Notes: generated from the sequence alone by a model not told the origin. A DNA stretch of 64,000 nucleotides from Acidimicrobiales bacterium (GCA_030681555.1 JAUXRW010000125.1:1730-65729), one strand, 5' to 3'. Positions 28,039 to 37,632 are shown, counted from the stretch's first letter. Numbers and translations are program-made.

Positions 28039-29310
28039 TCAGGCGGGGCTGACGGGCTCCGTGATGACGTCGATCCCGCCGGTGCGCGGGGTTGGGCCAC
28101 GGGCCAGCAAGAGGATGGCGAGCGTAGCGATGGCGCAGTAGGCAGCAACGTGGAGGGCGAAGGGCTGCATGGTGCCGTCGAAGGCGCCGTCGGCCAGGGT
28201 GCCGAGGAGCGCGCCGCCGGCCGTCGACACGGTGCCGACGATCGCCGCGCCCATGCCGGCGACCTGGCCGAGGGGTGCCATCGCCGCCGTGTTGCTGCTC
28301 GGGATCACGAGCGTCACTGCCGGGAGGAGCAGGGCGATGGCCAGCCCGAACGCCCAGAGCGAGGGCCTCCCGTCCGTGGCGATGGCCACACCGGCGAGCG
28401 CCAGCCCGGCGATGAGCAGGTAGGCGGCGCCGGCGCGCACCAGGCGGGCCAGGCCGATGCGGGACACGATGCGCGCTGCCACGAGCGATCCCACGGCCAG
28501 CGGGCAGGCCAGCACGCCGAAGATCAGCGGGAACCGGTCGGCCTCGCCGAACACCTCGTCGATGATGACCTCCGAGGTGCCGATGTACGACGTGAGGATC
28601 CCGAACGACGCCGTGATGGCCAGGGCGAAGCTGAGCGTCTGACGGTTGCGGAACACCGTGCGGGCGGCGACCGCCAGCGAGCGGGGCGACACCGACCGCC
28701 GGTCCGCCTCGTGCAGCGTCTCGGGCAGGCGCACCGACCACAGGGCGAGGGCCAGGCCGATGCCCGCCTGCAGCCACAGGACGCCGCGCCACGGCGCCAC
28801 CGCAAGCACGCCCGCCCCCACCGCCGGGGCGAAGATCGGGATGAGGACGAACGTCGCCATGATCAACGACATCGTGCGGGCCATCGCGTCGCCCTGGAAC
28901 GTGTCGCGCACCATCGCCACGGAGAGTGATCGGGGCGCCGCCGCGCCGAGGCCCCACACGAAGCGGCAGGCCACGAGGCCGGCCAGCGACGTCTGGGCGA
29001 CGGAGGCCACCGCACCGACGACGAAGACCGCCATGCCGATCTGGAGCATGCGCCGACGCCCGTAGCGGTCGGACATCGGCCCGTAGACGAGCTGGCCGAG
29101 CGCGAGGCCGAGGAAGTAGCCGGTGATGATCCGCGAGATCTCGGTGTCGCCGGGGGCGAGGCCGAAGTCGGCCCGCATGTCCGGGAGGGCGGGGAGGAGC
29201 AGGTCGATCGACAGCGCCGACGCACCCATGCAGGTCGTGACGATGGCGAGGAACTCCCGGCTGCCGGGGGCCGCGCCCCGACGGGCCCAGGTGCCCACCG
29301 TCGTCGCCAT
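28039..29310 (-). CDS. MFS transporter (Bcr/CflA-like, 12-TMS type)
   Basis: 423 aa with an ATG at 29310. It contains GQLVYGPMSDRYGRRRML and is hydrophobic throughout. Confidence 0.9.
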   Translation of the reverse strand: MATTVGTWARRGAAPGSREFLAIVTTCMGASALSIDLLLPALPDMRADFGLAPGDTEISRIITGYFLGLALGQLVYGPMSDRYGRRRMLQIGMAVFVVGAVASVAQTSLAGLVACRFVWGLGAAAPRSLSVAMVRDTFQGDAMARTMSLIMATFVLIPIFAPAVGAGVLAVAPWRGVLWLQAGIGLALALWSVRLPETLHEADRRSVSPRSLAVAARTVFRNRQTLSFALAITASFGILTSYIGTSEVIIDEVFGEADRFPLIFGVLACPLAVGSLVAARIVSRIGLARLVRAGAAYLLIAGLALAGVAIATDGRPSLWAFGLAIALLLPAVTLVIPSSNTAAMAPLGQVAGMGAAIVGTVSTAGGALLGTLADGAFDGTMQPFALHVAAYCAIATLAILLLARGPTPRTGGIDVITEPVSPA

Positions 29311-29337
29311 CCGGCTGCCTCCTCACTGGTTTCGAAC

Positions 29338-29637
29338 GTGGCCTCGCAGCCGGACCGTCCGACGCTATCGACCGACCGTGCCGGCTCCTACGCTGCGGTC
29401 GTTGCCCCGAGTGACCTCGAGGAGCTGGTGACCTCGGCCGGCGAGTACCCGCAGGCCGGCACGGCGGCCGGTGCGTCGCGGGTGCTCCACCTCCCGGCGT
29501 CCGGCCGGTGGGCGCTCCTCGGCCTGGACGGTCCCGCCGGGTTCCAGTTCGAGTTCGACCTGATGGACGGACCGGTCGCGGACACGCTGGCCGCGCCGCC
29601 CACCGAGCACCCGGCCCTCGTCCGGCGGCCGGCCTGA
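29338..29637 (+). CDS. Hypothetical protein
   Basis: 99-codon ORF with a GTG start. Third codon positions are strongly G/C-biased, as in the confident genes. I recognise no family. Confidence 0.45.
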   Translation: MASQPDRPTLSTDRAGSYAAVVAPSDLEELVTSAGEYPQAGTAAGASRVLHLPASGRWALLGLDGPAGFQFEFDLMDGPVADTLAAPPTEHPALVRRPA

Positions 29638-29639
29638 GC

Positions 29640-30335
29640 TCAGGTTCCCCGGGAGGCGGCAACCTCGCGGGCGGTGTCCGCAAACGGGCTCCAGAGGAAC
29701 CAGCGGGGGAGGGCCTTGACGAGCGCCGGAGGCCCGTCGACGCGGATGGCGCCGGCGGCCGTCGCGCCCCGCCACGTCTCGAACCCGGAGAACACCTCCG
29801 CCAGCGCGGGGGTGGTGGTGGTGACGATGAGGTCGGGGTCGAAGCCCGGAGGCTGCAGGCACACCGACGCCTCGCCGCGGTCGAGCACCATCCAGAGCAC
29901 CTGCCGGACGGGCGCGGTGTGCTCGAACTGGATGACGACCCGCCCGGGGGGCAGCTGCTCGGCGTCCACCCGTCGGTGCATCCACCACATCAGGTTGACG
30001 GCCTCCACGTCCTGGGGCCGCAGCTCGTCGTACATCCAGTGCACCGCCCAGCGCCCGAGCGCCTCGACGACGACGCCGAGGTCCTCCCCGGCCGGGGTGA
30101 GGTGGTACTCGCTGCCACGCCCCGTGGGGGAGGGCCAGAGGTCGAGGACGCCGTTGCGCTCGAGGTGGCGGAGGCGCTGCACGAGCAGCGATCGGGAGAT
30201 GCCGGGCAGGCCGCGTGCGATGTCGTTGAAGCGGGTGTTGCCGAGGACGAGCTCCCGCAGGATCAGCGGGGTCCACCGGTCCGCAAGCACCTCGCTGCCG
30301 AGGGACACCGGGCAGAACCGGCCATAGTCGGGCAC
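29640..30335 (-). CDS. HxlR-family transcriptional regulator with C-terminal extension
   Basis: 231 aa with a GTG start. The N-terminal winged HTH is CPVSLGSEVLADRWTPLILRELVLGNTRFNDIARGLPGISRSLLVQRLRHLERNGV. Confidence 0.85.
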   Translation of the reverse strand: MPDYGRFCPVSLGSEVLADRWTPLILRELVLGNTRFNDIARGLPGISRSLLVQRLRHLERNGVLDLWPSPTGRGSEYHLTPAGEDLGVVVEALGRWAVHWMYDELRPQDVEAVNLMWWMHRRVDAEQLPPGRVVIQFEHTAPVRQVLWMVLDRGEASVCLQPPGFDPDLIVTTTTPALAEVFSGFETWRGATAAGAIRVDGPPALVKALPRWFLWSPFADTAREVAASRGT

Positions 30336-30441
30336 GCCGGCATGTTCTCACGCTGTCGGGGTCCGTGCAGTCCCGGACGTGGGCCGGCCAGGTATGGATC
30401 GTGGACTAGGCCCAAGCGCAGGAGGTGCGTACGTTTCGAAC

Positions 30442-31578
30442 ATGCCTACGACGACCGACGCACCGGAGAACGACCACTTCGCCAAGGCCGCCGCCGTCGG
30501 CGCCGACCTCGCCAAGCTGGCGGGCCAGCACGACCTCGAAGGGAGCTTCGTCGCCGACTCCTTCGCCCGCCTCGGCGAGGCGGGGCTGCTGTCGATGGGC
30601 GTCCCCTCGGAGCTCGGCGGCGGGGGCGCCACGATCCGCCAGGTCGCCGCCGTGCAGAGGGAGCTGGCGCACCACTGCGGCTCGACCGCGCTGGCCAGCT
30701 CCATGCACCAGCACGTCACCGCGTTCACGGCCTGGCGCTACCGCCGCGGCCTTCCTGGCGCGGAGGCGACCCTCCGGCGGATCGCCGACGACGGCATCGT
30801 CCTCGTCTCCACGGGCGGCGCGGACTTCACGCAGCCACGCGGGGAGGCGCGCAAGGTGGAGGGCGGCTACCAGGTCTCCGGCCGGAAGGTGTTCGCCAGC
30901 CAGGCTCCGGTGGGCACCGTGATGTCGACGATGTTCCGCTACGAGGATCCGGAGCAAGGCACCCGCGTGCTGAACATGGCCGTGCCGATGGGCGAGGGCG
31001 TCGAGGCGCAGGGGAACTGGGACGCCCTCGGCATGCGCGGCACGGGCAGCGACGACGTCGTGATCGAGGACGTCTTCGTGCCCGACGAGCGCGTGCTGGC
31101 CAACCGTCCCTACGGCGTCATCGACCCGCCCCTCCAGGTGATCGTCAGCATCGCCATGCCCATCGTCGCCGCCGTCTACCTCGGCGTGGCCGAGGCCGCC
31201 TTCCGCGCCGCCGTCGAGGCTGCCGCGCCCAGGGGTGACGACCCGATCGTTCAGCGCCAGGTGGGCCTGATGGCGCACCGGCTGCAGGTCGCCTCCTGGG
31301 CCCTCGACCGGGCCCTGGACGAGGTCGGCGACGACCCCGACCCGTCGCCGCACCGGATGAACGCGGCCCTCCTGGCCAAGCGGGAGATCGCCCTGGCCGG
31401 CATCGAGGTCTGCGACATCGCGATGGACCTCGGGGGCGGCGCCGCCTTCGCCAAGGGATCGGTCATCGAGCGCTGCTACCGCGACGTGCGCGGCGCGAAG
31501 TTCCACCCGCTCACGCCCGAGGTCACGCTTCTCCACGCCGGCCGGCTGGCCCTCGGCCTGCCGGTCGAGGACCTCTGA
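30442..31578 (+). CDS. Acyl-CoA dehydrogenase family protein
   Basis: The start is trimmed to ATG 30442, giving 378 aa. It contains GVPSELGGGGATI and DALGMRGTGSDDVVIEDVFVP. It is divergent from the HxlR gene. Confidence 0.85.
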   Translation: MPTTTDAPENDHFAKAAAVGADLAKLAGQHDLEGSFVADSFARLGEAGLLSMGVPSELGGGGATIRQVAAVQRELAHHCGSTALASSMHQHVTAFTAWRYRRGLPGAEATLRRIADDGIVLVSTGGADFTQPRGEARKVEGGYQVSGRKVFASQAPVGTVMSTMFRYEDPEQGTRVLNMAVPMGEGVEAQGNWDALGMRGTGSDDVVIEDVFVPDERVLANRPYGVIDPPLQVIVSIAMPIVAAVYLGVAEAAFRAAVEAAAPRGDDPIVQRQVGLMAHRLQVASWALDRALDEVGDDPDPSPHRMNAALLAKREIALAGIEVCDIAMDLGGGAAFAKGSVIERCYRDVRGAKFHPLTPEVTLLHAGRLALGLPVEDL

Positions 31579-31737
31579 GCACAGGGCTGCGCGCCCACGC
31601 TGAGGCCGGCCTCCCCGGCGGTTCCCGACGGGGTCGCGTCACATGCCCAGCATCCCGGGCCGCCGTCGAACGGGATCTCCTGCAGGTCGACGAACCCGGC
31701 CGGGTAGGAGAGGGTGCGGTTGCGAGGGTTGCTCCCG

Positions 31738-32274
31738 TCAGTCGGCCTGGCAGGCGGCGATGGCCTCGAGGATGGTGGCGTCGATCCGCTCGTTCAGCCC
31801 CGGGTCGAACTCGGCGGCGAGCAGCGAGTCCCGGAGCACGCCGCTGTCGCGATAGCGCCCGGCCACGCACTCGGCGCGGTCGGTGGGCAGCTGGGCGTCG
31901 CGCGACAGTGCCTGCCCGACCTGCTCGACCAGGTCGGTGCACCCGTCGAGCGCCGCGAACACGATGTCGCCCTCGGTCTCGGTGAGCGGGGGTTGGCTGA
32001 GCTCCGGCCCCGTCCCCTCGCCCACGTCGAGTCCGAGCTCCCGGAGGCGCTCGGTGGGGATCTCGTCGACGATCCGGCCCGCCGCGCACCGGGCGTCGGG
32101 CTCGGCGAACCGGATCGAGTTCTCGTCGGCCGACCCGCCCACGAGCACCGCCTCGACCAGGCGCTGCTCGTCCGTGGCCGTGTCCGCCGACGTGGAGCAC
32201 CCACCCGCGACCAGGAGGCCCGCCGCCAGCGCAGCTCCGGCCTGCCGGGTGCATCGGGATCGCCTCGCCGCCAT
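31738..32274 (-). CDS. Putative secreted protein or lipoprotein
   Basis: 178 aa. It has an N-terminal basic/hydrophobic signal ending in LLVAGGCS, which is lipobox-like but not canonical. I recognise no family. Confidence 0.6.
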   Translation of the reverse strand: MAARRSRCTRQAGAALAAGLLVAGGCSTSADTATDEQRLVEAVLVGGSADENSIRFAEPDARCAAGRIVDEIPTERLRELGLDVGEGTGPELSQPPLTETEGDIVFAALDGCTDLVEQVGQALSRDAQLPTDRAECVAGRYRDSGVLRDSLLAAEFDPGLNERIDATILEAIAACQAD

Positions 32275-32296
32275 GGCCCCGACGGTATCGAGGCAG

Positions 32297-32773
32297 CTAG
32301 CGGGCGGCTCGCTCGCCCAGGCGGCCGACGGCTGTCTGGAGGCTCTTCTGTATCTGTGGCGCGGCCAGCTTGAGGAAGGGCCGGAAGAGGGGCGCCGGAG
32401 CCAGGTACATCGTGTAGGAGATGATGGTGCCGCCGTCGACGGTGGCCGTCAGTCGGCAGTCCTCGACGATCGACGTGACGAACCGGGGGCGGGCCGCCGT
32501 GCCCGTGAAGGACCAGCGCTCGCCCGGGTCCCAGGCGATGAACATCTCGTCGACGGAAGCGCCGGGCAGCTTCACCCGACGGGTGGCGCCGACGCCCGAT
32601 GGCGCCCCGGTGACCTCCACCGAGCGCACGTTCGGGAACCACTCGGGCCAGCGCTCGTGGTCCGCCAGCACGGCGAACACGGCGTCCGGGGACGCCGCCG
32701 ATGCTCCGGTGCCGGTGAGGGCGAGGGGGGCGGACGGGATCCAGTCGAGGGTCTGCCGGGTGAGCTCAGCCAT
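32297..32773 (-). CDS. SRPBCC (polyketide cyclase/dehydrase-like) family protein
   Basis: The start is trimmed to ATG 32773, giving 158 aa. It contains VFAVLADHERWPEWFPNVRSVEV. Confidence 0.75.
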   Translation of the reverse strand: MAELTRQTLDWIPSAPLALTGTGASAASPDAVFAVLADHERWPEWFPNVRSVEVTGAPSGVGATRRVKLPGASVDEMFIAWDPGERWSFTGTAARPRFVTSIVEDCRLTATVDGGTIISYTMYLAPAPLFRPFLKLAAPQIQKSLQTAVGRLGERAAR

Positions 32774-32783
32774 CGCCAGGACG

Positions 32784-33158
32784 CTAGGCCAGCGCCCGCC
32801 CGGCCGCGTAGCCGAGGGCGGTCGCCGCGAGCCCGCCGACGAGCGAGATCGCCACGTAGGCGGCAGCGCTGCCGAGACGGTCGGTCCGCAGGAACGTGAA
32901 GGTCTCGTACCCGAACGTCGAGAAGGTCGTGTAGGCGCCGAGGAGGCCGACGGCCAGGGCCGTCGTGGTTGAGGGCGACCAGCGGTCGGCCGCGGGACCG
33001 GCCAGCACGAAGGCGACGAGGAAGCAGCCGGAGAGGTTGATCCCGAGCGTCGCCCACGGGAACGAGCGCACGCCCACGGCCACCCCGATGCGGTAGCGCG
33101 CCACGGCGCCGACGGCTCCGGCGAGGGCCACGAGGAGGGTCGGCATGCGGTCCAGCAT
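32784..33158 (-). CDS. crcB: Fluoride ion channel CrcB/FluC
   Basis: About 124 aa with four TM segments. It contains FPWATLGINLSGCFLV and LLGAYTTFSTF. The start is ATG 33158 or ATG 33146. Confidence 0.85.
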   Translation of the reverse strand: MLDRMPTLLVALAGAVGAVARYRIGVAVGVRSFPWATLGINLSGCFLVAFVLAGPAADRWSPSTTTALAVGLLGAYTTFSTFGYETFTFLRTDRLGSAAAYVAISLVGGLAATALGYAAGRALA

Positions 33159-33218
33159 GCCCCGAGCCGTGCACGGCCCCCAGTTTGGATCGCTCGGGCC
33201 CTGAGGCTGCCTAATCTC

Positions 33219-34949
33219 GTGCCCGTGGGCCACCCCGGCGACGCTCCTGGCGACGGTGAGGCGGAGGCCGCGCTCCCCGGGCAGGAGCGCTTCGACGACC
33301 TCGTGCCGCCGTGGCTGTTCGTGCTGCGGGGCTCACCCTCGCGATGGGTGCTGGCGGTGGGGGTGCCGCTGGTCTGCTCCGTCCCGCTGTTCGCCATCTC
33401 TCGCCCCGATCAGCTCCGGCCCGGCCCGGCGCTGCTCCTGGCCATCGTGCTCGTCGCCGCACTCGGCGCCTGGTCGGCGGCGGCCGTCTGCGCCGGCCTC
33501 GTGGTCCTCCTCTTCTGGTGGCAGGCCATCCCGCCGGTCGGCTCGTTCCGCATCGAGGACGGACGGGACCTCGTGGGTCTCCTCGGGATGGCGGCCATCA
33601 GCGCGGGGCTCGTGCTCGGCGCCCGGCGGGTCCAGCACACGGCGGCGAGCGTGCGCGCCCTCGACGGGCGGCTCCGCCTCCACGCGGCGGAGGAGACCGC
33701 GCAGCGGTCCAGGGCCGAGCACGTGGTCACAGAGGCGAGCGCCGTCCTCGACTTGGCGAAGGTGCTGGCCGGCGCATCCACGAAGGCCGGGGTCGCCCGT
33801 GCGGTCCTCGACGGCATCGACCTCCCGATGCGTGCGGACAACGGCTCGGTGGCCGTCGTCGAGGGGAAGCACCTCCGGGTGCTGGCTGCGCTCAACGCGC
33901 TGCCGTCGTCGCTCGCCGCCATCGAGCAGGTGGACATCACCACCAGCGAGTGGCTCGGCGACGTGCTGGCCGGCCGACCGGCCCTCGTCGACGATCGCGA
34001 GGCGTTCGCCGCTGAGCACCCGAACGCCCGGGCGCTCCTCCTCTACCCGTTCGGGTCGTGGGCGGTCGTGCCGTTCCGCTCCGACAACAACGTCGGCCTC
34101 CTCTCGGTGCACTTCCCGCAGCCCGCGCCCGTGCAGGCTCACGCCACCTATTTCACCCTCTTGGCGGAGATCCTGGCCACGGCCCTCGAGCGGGCCCACG
34201 CCGAGGAACTGCAGCAGCTGCACCTCGACGCGCTCGAGCAGGCCTTCGCAGAGCGCGACCGCATCGCCCGGACTCTCTCGCGCATGCTGCTTCCCGCCAA
34301 GCTGCCCGCCCTGCCCGGCTTCTCGGCGTCGGCGTGGCTCACGCCAGCCAGCGCCGACGAGGTGTCGGGCGACTTCTACGACGTGTTCCCGGTGGGTGCC
34401 GGTGACTGGGTGGCCGTGCTCGGGGACGTGTGCGGCAAGGGTGCAGAGGCGGCTGCCGTCACCTCGCTGGCCCGTTACGCCGCCCGGGTGGCGGCTCTCG
34501 ACAGCCCGGAGGCCCCCCGCATCGCCGAGGTGGCCAACCAGGCCCTCATCGAGGACCCCAGCGAGCTGTTCTGCACGATGGCGGTGATCCACTTCACCAG
34601 GAACACCGGCACCATCGACGTGACGCTGGCCGGCCATCCTCAGCCCCGCCTGCTCTCGAACGGCTCCGTCCGGCGCCTGGGGCACTTCGCCCGACCGCTC
34701 GGGCTGTCGGAGTACGACACCCAGGGCGACCGCTACCCGTTCGAGCCCGGCGACCTCGTGGTGCTGTTCTCGGACGGCTTGATCGAACGGAACCCGGACT
34801 TCGGCGAGGACCAGCTCGATGCCGCCCTGGCCGGTTGGACCGAGCTCGGGGCGGCCGCCGTCACCTCCGCCCTGCACGAGCTGGTGCGCGAGATCGACAC
34901 GGTCCGGGCCGACGATCTCGCCGTCCTGGTCATCGGCCGGGATTCGTAG
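33219..34949 (+). CDS. Membrane-associated GAF-like sensor / SpoIIE (PP2C) phosphatase, RsbU-like
   Basis: 576 aa with a GTG start. It has N-terminal TM segments and a central sensor region. The C-terminal PP2C/SpoIIE blocks are SGDFYDVF, VLGDVCGKGAEAA and VVLFSDGLIE. Confidence 0.85.
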   Translation: MPVGHPGDAPGDGEAEAALPGQERFDDLVPPWLFVLRGSPSRWVLAVGVPLVCSVPLFAISRPDQLRPGPALLLAIVLVAALGAWSAAAVCAGLVVLLFWWQAIPPVGSFRIEDGRDLVGLLGMAAISAGLVLGARRVQHTAASVRALDGRLRLHAAEETAQRSRAEHVVTEASAVLDLAKVLAGASTKAGVARAVLDGIDLPMRADNGSVAVVEGKHLRVLAALNALPSSLAAIEQVDITTSEWLGDVLAGRPALVDDREAFAAEHPNARALLLYPFGSWAVVPFRSDNNVGLLSVHFPQPAPVQAHATYFTLLAEILATALERAHAEELQQLHLDALEQAFAERDRIARTLSRMLLPAKLPALPGFSASAWLTPASADEVSGDFYDVFPVGAGDWVAVLGDVCGKGAEAAAVTSLARYAARVAALDSPEAPRIAEVANQALIEDPSELFCTMAVIHFTRNTGTIDVTLAGHPQPRLLSNGSVRRLGHFARPLGLSEYDTQGDRYPFEPGDLVVLFSDGLIERNPDFGEDQLDAALAGWTELGAAAVTSALHELVREIDTVRADDLAVLVIGRDS

Positions 34950-35040
34950 GGCGGCCGGTGGTCTGCCGACCCGGGGGGCCGGGTAGGGGGCCCTCGGCCG
35001 CTCCCATTCGGGGGTGCCGCATGAGCTTCGATCGGGGCAC

Positions 35041-35415
35041 ATGGAGTCCTTCACGATCCCTTTGACCGCGTCCATCGAGACGCCCCGCACGGCGCGGAGC
35101 GCCGTCGCGGAGCGCCTGGGGCCGCACCCCCGCTGCGAGGAGCTCCTGCTCTGCGTGTCGGAGCTCGTGACCAACGCCGTGCTCCACGCCCGCTCGCCCC
35201 GGCACATGAAGGTGACAGCCCACGGCGACCAGCTGACCGTCGAGGTGGCCGACGGCGACCCGACCGTGCCGGTCCGTCGCGAGCACGACCCGACCGCGCC
35301 CACCGGGCGGGGCCTGCGGATCCTCGACCAGCTCACGAGGCGGTGGGGCACAAGGGCGAACGGCGACGGGAAGACGGTGTGGTTCGAGTTCGACCTGGGG
35401 GAGGGGGCGGCTTGA
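35041..35415 (+). CDS. RsbW/SpoIIAB-type anti-sigma-factor serine kinase (HATPase_c_2)
   Basis: 124 aa from ATG 35041. It contains LCVSELVTNAVLHA and GRGLRILDQLTRRWG. Confidence 0.8.
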   Translation: MESFTIPLTASIETPRTARSAVAERLGPHPRCEELLLCVSELVTNAVLHARSPRHMKVTAHGDQLTVEVADGDPTVPVRREHDPTAPTGRGLRILDQLTRRWGTRANGDGKTVWFEFDLGEGAA

Positions 35416-36200
35416 CCCTCGCGCCATCGGGAGAGGTCCGGTTGCTGGGGCTGCCCGTGGAGGTGCACCGTTGCGCCAGCCAGCACTCCGAGGCCCTTCG
35501 CCGGGAGCTATCCCTGCTGGAGCACACGTCCGACCCCGATGCTGCCCCCGCACGTCTGCAGGCGCTGAGCGACGAGCTGGCCCGGCGGTACGGCGGCCTG
35601 ACCGTCGGGCAGGACGAGCGGCTGGCCCAAGCGGTGATCGACCAGGAGGAGACGATCGACCTGGCCTACGAGCTCCCGTTGGAGGTCGCCGACGCCTGCG
35701 ACGACCTGGGTGCCCTCCTGGATGAGCTCGACCAGTTCTGCCTGGAGGGCGACTTGCTCACCCTCGTCACCCCGCCGGAGGCCCTCGCGTACCGGCGGTG
35801 GTTCCTCGGCGAGTTCAGCAGCCAGCTCCGGGAGCGCCGCCCCCCACAGCCCTGGCAGCCGGCGAAGGCGGTCGAGGTCGCCGCACCGACCTCCGCTTCC
35901 ACTTCGTGGGCCGACGAGGTCACGATCGTCGTCGTCGAGGACCTCGACCTCGGCTTCGCCCCGACGCTGCGCGACCGGATCCTCGTCCACACCGAGGCAG
36001 GAGCTTCCAGGGTGGTGCTGGACCTGTCGGGCTGCGAGTTCCTCGACTCGGCGGGCGTGAGCCTGCTCCTCACCACCCGGATGCGGCTCGGGTCCGTCGG
36101 TGGCGAGCTGCGCATCATCGGTGCGCACGGCCAGGTGGCCAAGGCGCTGCAGATCAGCGGCGTCAGCGAGGTCCTCCTCGGCAGCGACCCGGACGCCTGA
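35412..36200 (+). CDS. STAS-domain anti-sigma-factor antagonist with an uncharacterised ~150-aa N-terminal domain
   Basis: A TTG start at 35412 overlaps the upstream stop (TTGA), with a GGAGG-rich stretch about 7 nt upstream. The C-terminal STAS domain is VVLDLSGCEFLDSAGVSLLL...LRIIGAHGQVAKALQISG. The start codon choice is the main uncertainty. Confidence 0.75.
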   Translation: MTLAPSGEVRLLGLPVEVHRCASQHSEALRRELSLLEHTSDPDAAPARLQALSDELARRYGGLTVGQDERLAQAVIDQEETIDLAYELPLEVADACDDLGALLDELDQFCLEGDLLTLVTPPEALAYRRWFLGEFSSQLRERRPPQPWQPAKAVEVAAPTSASTSWADEVTIVVVEDLDLGFAPTLRDRILVHTEAGASRVVLDLSGCEFLDSAGVSLLLTTRMRLGSVGGELRIIGAHGQVAKALQISGVSEVLLGSDPDA

Positions 36201-36201
36201 C

Positions 36202-36804
36202 GTGGGCGGCGCCGACGCCCCTCAGCTCCGAGAGCTGGCCGTCCTCGCCCAGGGCTGCCAGGCCTGCGACCTCTGGAAGCGCGGCACCCAGACGGTTTTC
36301 GGCGAGGGGCCCGCAGAAGCGCGGCTCGTGCTCGTGGGCGAGCAGCCGGGGGACAGGGAAGACAAGGCAGGCCACCCGTTCGTGGGCCCGGCCGGCCGTG
36401 TGCTGAACGACGCCCTGGCCGAAGCGGGCATCGAGCGGGAGCGCATCTATGTCACGAACGCCGTGAAGCACTTCAAGTGGACGCCGCGCGGCAAGCGTCG
36501 GATCCACGAGCGCCCCAACCGCACGGAGGTGGTGGCCTGCCACCAATGGCTGGAGCGCGAGCTGGCTTCGATCGCAGACGAGGCCGTGGTGGTGGCGCTC
36601 GGTGCGACGACGGGCCAGTCCCTCTTCGGCGCGTCCTTCCGGGTGGGGGCCTCGCGCGGGGTGCCCCTCGACCTGGACGGCCGACCGGTGGTCGCCACGA
36701 TCCACCCGTCTGCGGTGCTGCGCTCCCGCGACGCGCAGGAGCGGGCTGCCGCCTTCGGCGGGCTCGTCACGGACCTCCGCCTGGCCGGCGAGCTCGCATC
36801 GTGA
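36202..36804 (+). CDS. udgX: UdgX-type uracil-DNA glycosylase (family-4-like, Fe-S, KRRIH loop)
   Basis: 200 aa with a GTG start 1 nt after the STAS stop. Motifs present are GCQACDLW (Fe-S Cys), GEQPGDRED (36337-36351 encodes GEQPG), FKWTPRGKRRIHERP (KRRIH is at 36493-36507) and HPSAVLR. Confidence 0.85.
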   Translation: MGGADAPQLRELAVLAQGCQACDLWKRGTQTVFGEGPAEARLVLVGEQPGDREDKAGHPFVGPAGRVLNDALAEAGIERERIYVTNAVKHFKWTPRGKRRIHERPNRTEVVACHQWLERELASIADEAVVVALGATTGQSLFGASFRVGASRGVPLDLDGRPVVATIHPSAVLRSRDAQERAAAFGGLVTDLRLAGELAS

Positions 36805-37556
36805 GCGGCGTCGGGCGGGCCCGCATCGGGTGCTCCGGTTGGTCGTACAAGGACTGGCGCGGGATCGTGTACCCGGCCGACGCACCGGCCCGCACCTGGT
36901 TCTCCCTCTATGCCGAGCTGTTCGACACCGTCGAGATCAACCACACCTTCTACCGGCTGCCGCCGGCCACGACCGTGGACCACTGGGAGCAGCAGGCTCC
37001 GGACGACTTCTGCTACGCCGTCAAGGTCGGGCAGTTCGGGTCGCACCGCATGAAGCTCCGGGACGCCGTCTCGTGGCTGCCCCGCCACCTCGAGCGGGCC
37101 GAGCTGCTCGGGGCCCACCTCGGCCCCAACCTCGTCCAGCTGCCGCCGCGGTGGCGTCGCAACGTCGAGCGCCTCGACGAGCTGCTCTCCGTCGCGCCGA
37201 AGCACCTCCGCTGGGCCGTAGAGGTGCGGGAGGAGTCGTGGCTCCACGACGACGTGTTCGCGACGCTGGCCCGCCACGATGCCGCCCTGTGCGTGCACGA
37301 CCTGCTGGCCGACCACCCGTGGGAGCGCACGGCCTCCTGGGCCTACGTCCGGTTCCACGGTCCGCGGGCGCTGGAGGACAAGTACCGGGGTCGGTACGGC
37401 CCCCGCCGGCTCGCGAAGGTGGCCGATCGCATCGGCACGTGGCTCGACGAGGGCTCCGACGTCTATGCGTACTTCAACAACGACTACGACGGGCACGCCG
37501 TGACCGACGCCGCCTGGCTGCGGGCCCGTGTTGCCAAACCGCGGGTGAGTGGGTAG
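36801..37556 (+). CDS. DUF72 (UPF0759/YecE-like) protein
   Basis: 251 aa. The GTG start overlaps the udgX stop (GTGA). It contains IGCSGWSYKDWRGIVYP, VEINHTFYRLP and YAYFNND. Confidence 0.85.
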   Translation: MSGVGRARIGCSGWSYKDWRGIVYPADAPARTWFSLYAELFDTVEINHTFYRLPPATTVDHWEQQAPDDFCYAVKVGQFGSHRMKLRDAVSWLPRHLERAELLGAHLGPNLVQLPPRWRRNVERLDELLSVAPKHLRWAVEVREESWLHDDVFATLARHDAALCVHDLLADHPWERTASWAYVRFHGPRALEDKYRGRYGPRRLAKVADRIGTWLDEGSDVYAYFNNDYDGHAVTDAAWLRARVAKPRVSG

Positions 37557-37632
37557 GCCTGCGAAGCCGCACGAACCGGAGGTCCCGTGATGCCGACCAA
37601 GCCCAGCTGGCCCCACGCGGCGAGGCGCTGAC

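Noticed and set aside
33159-33218. Possible fluoride riboswitch in the crcB leader
   Set aside because: The leader contains CCAAACUG followed by a GC hairpin, which is reminiscent of the crcB motif. I could not find the conserved GGxGAUG...UUCxCC P1/pseudoknot elements or the CUGAUGA segment. The 60-nt leader is also shared with the divergent SpoIIE promoter region. A covariance-model scan would settle it.
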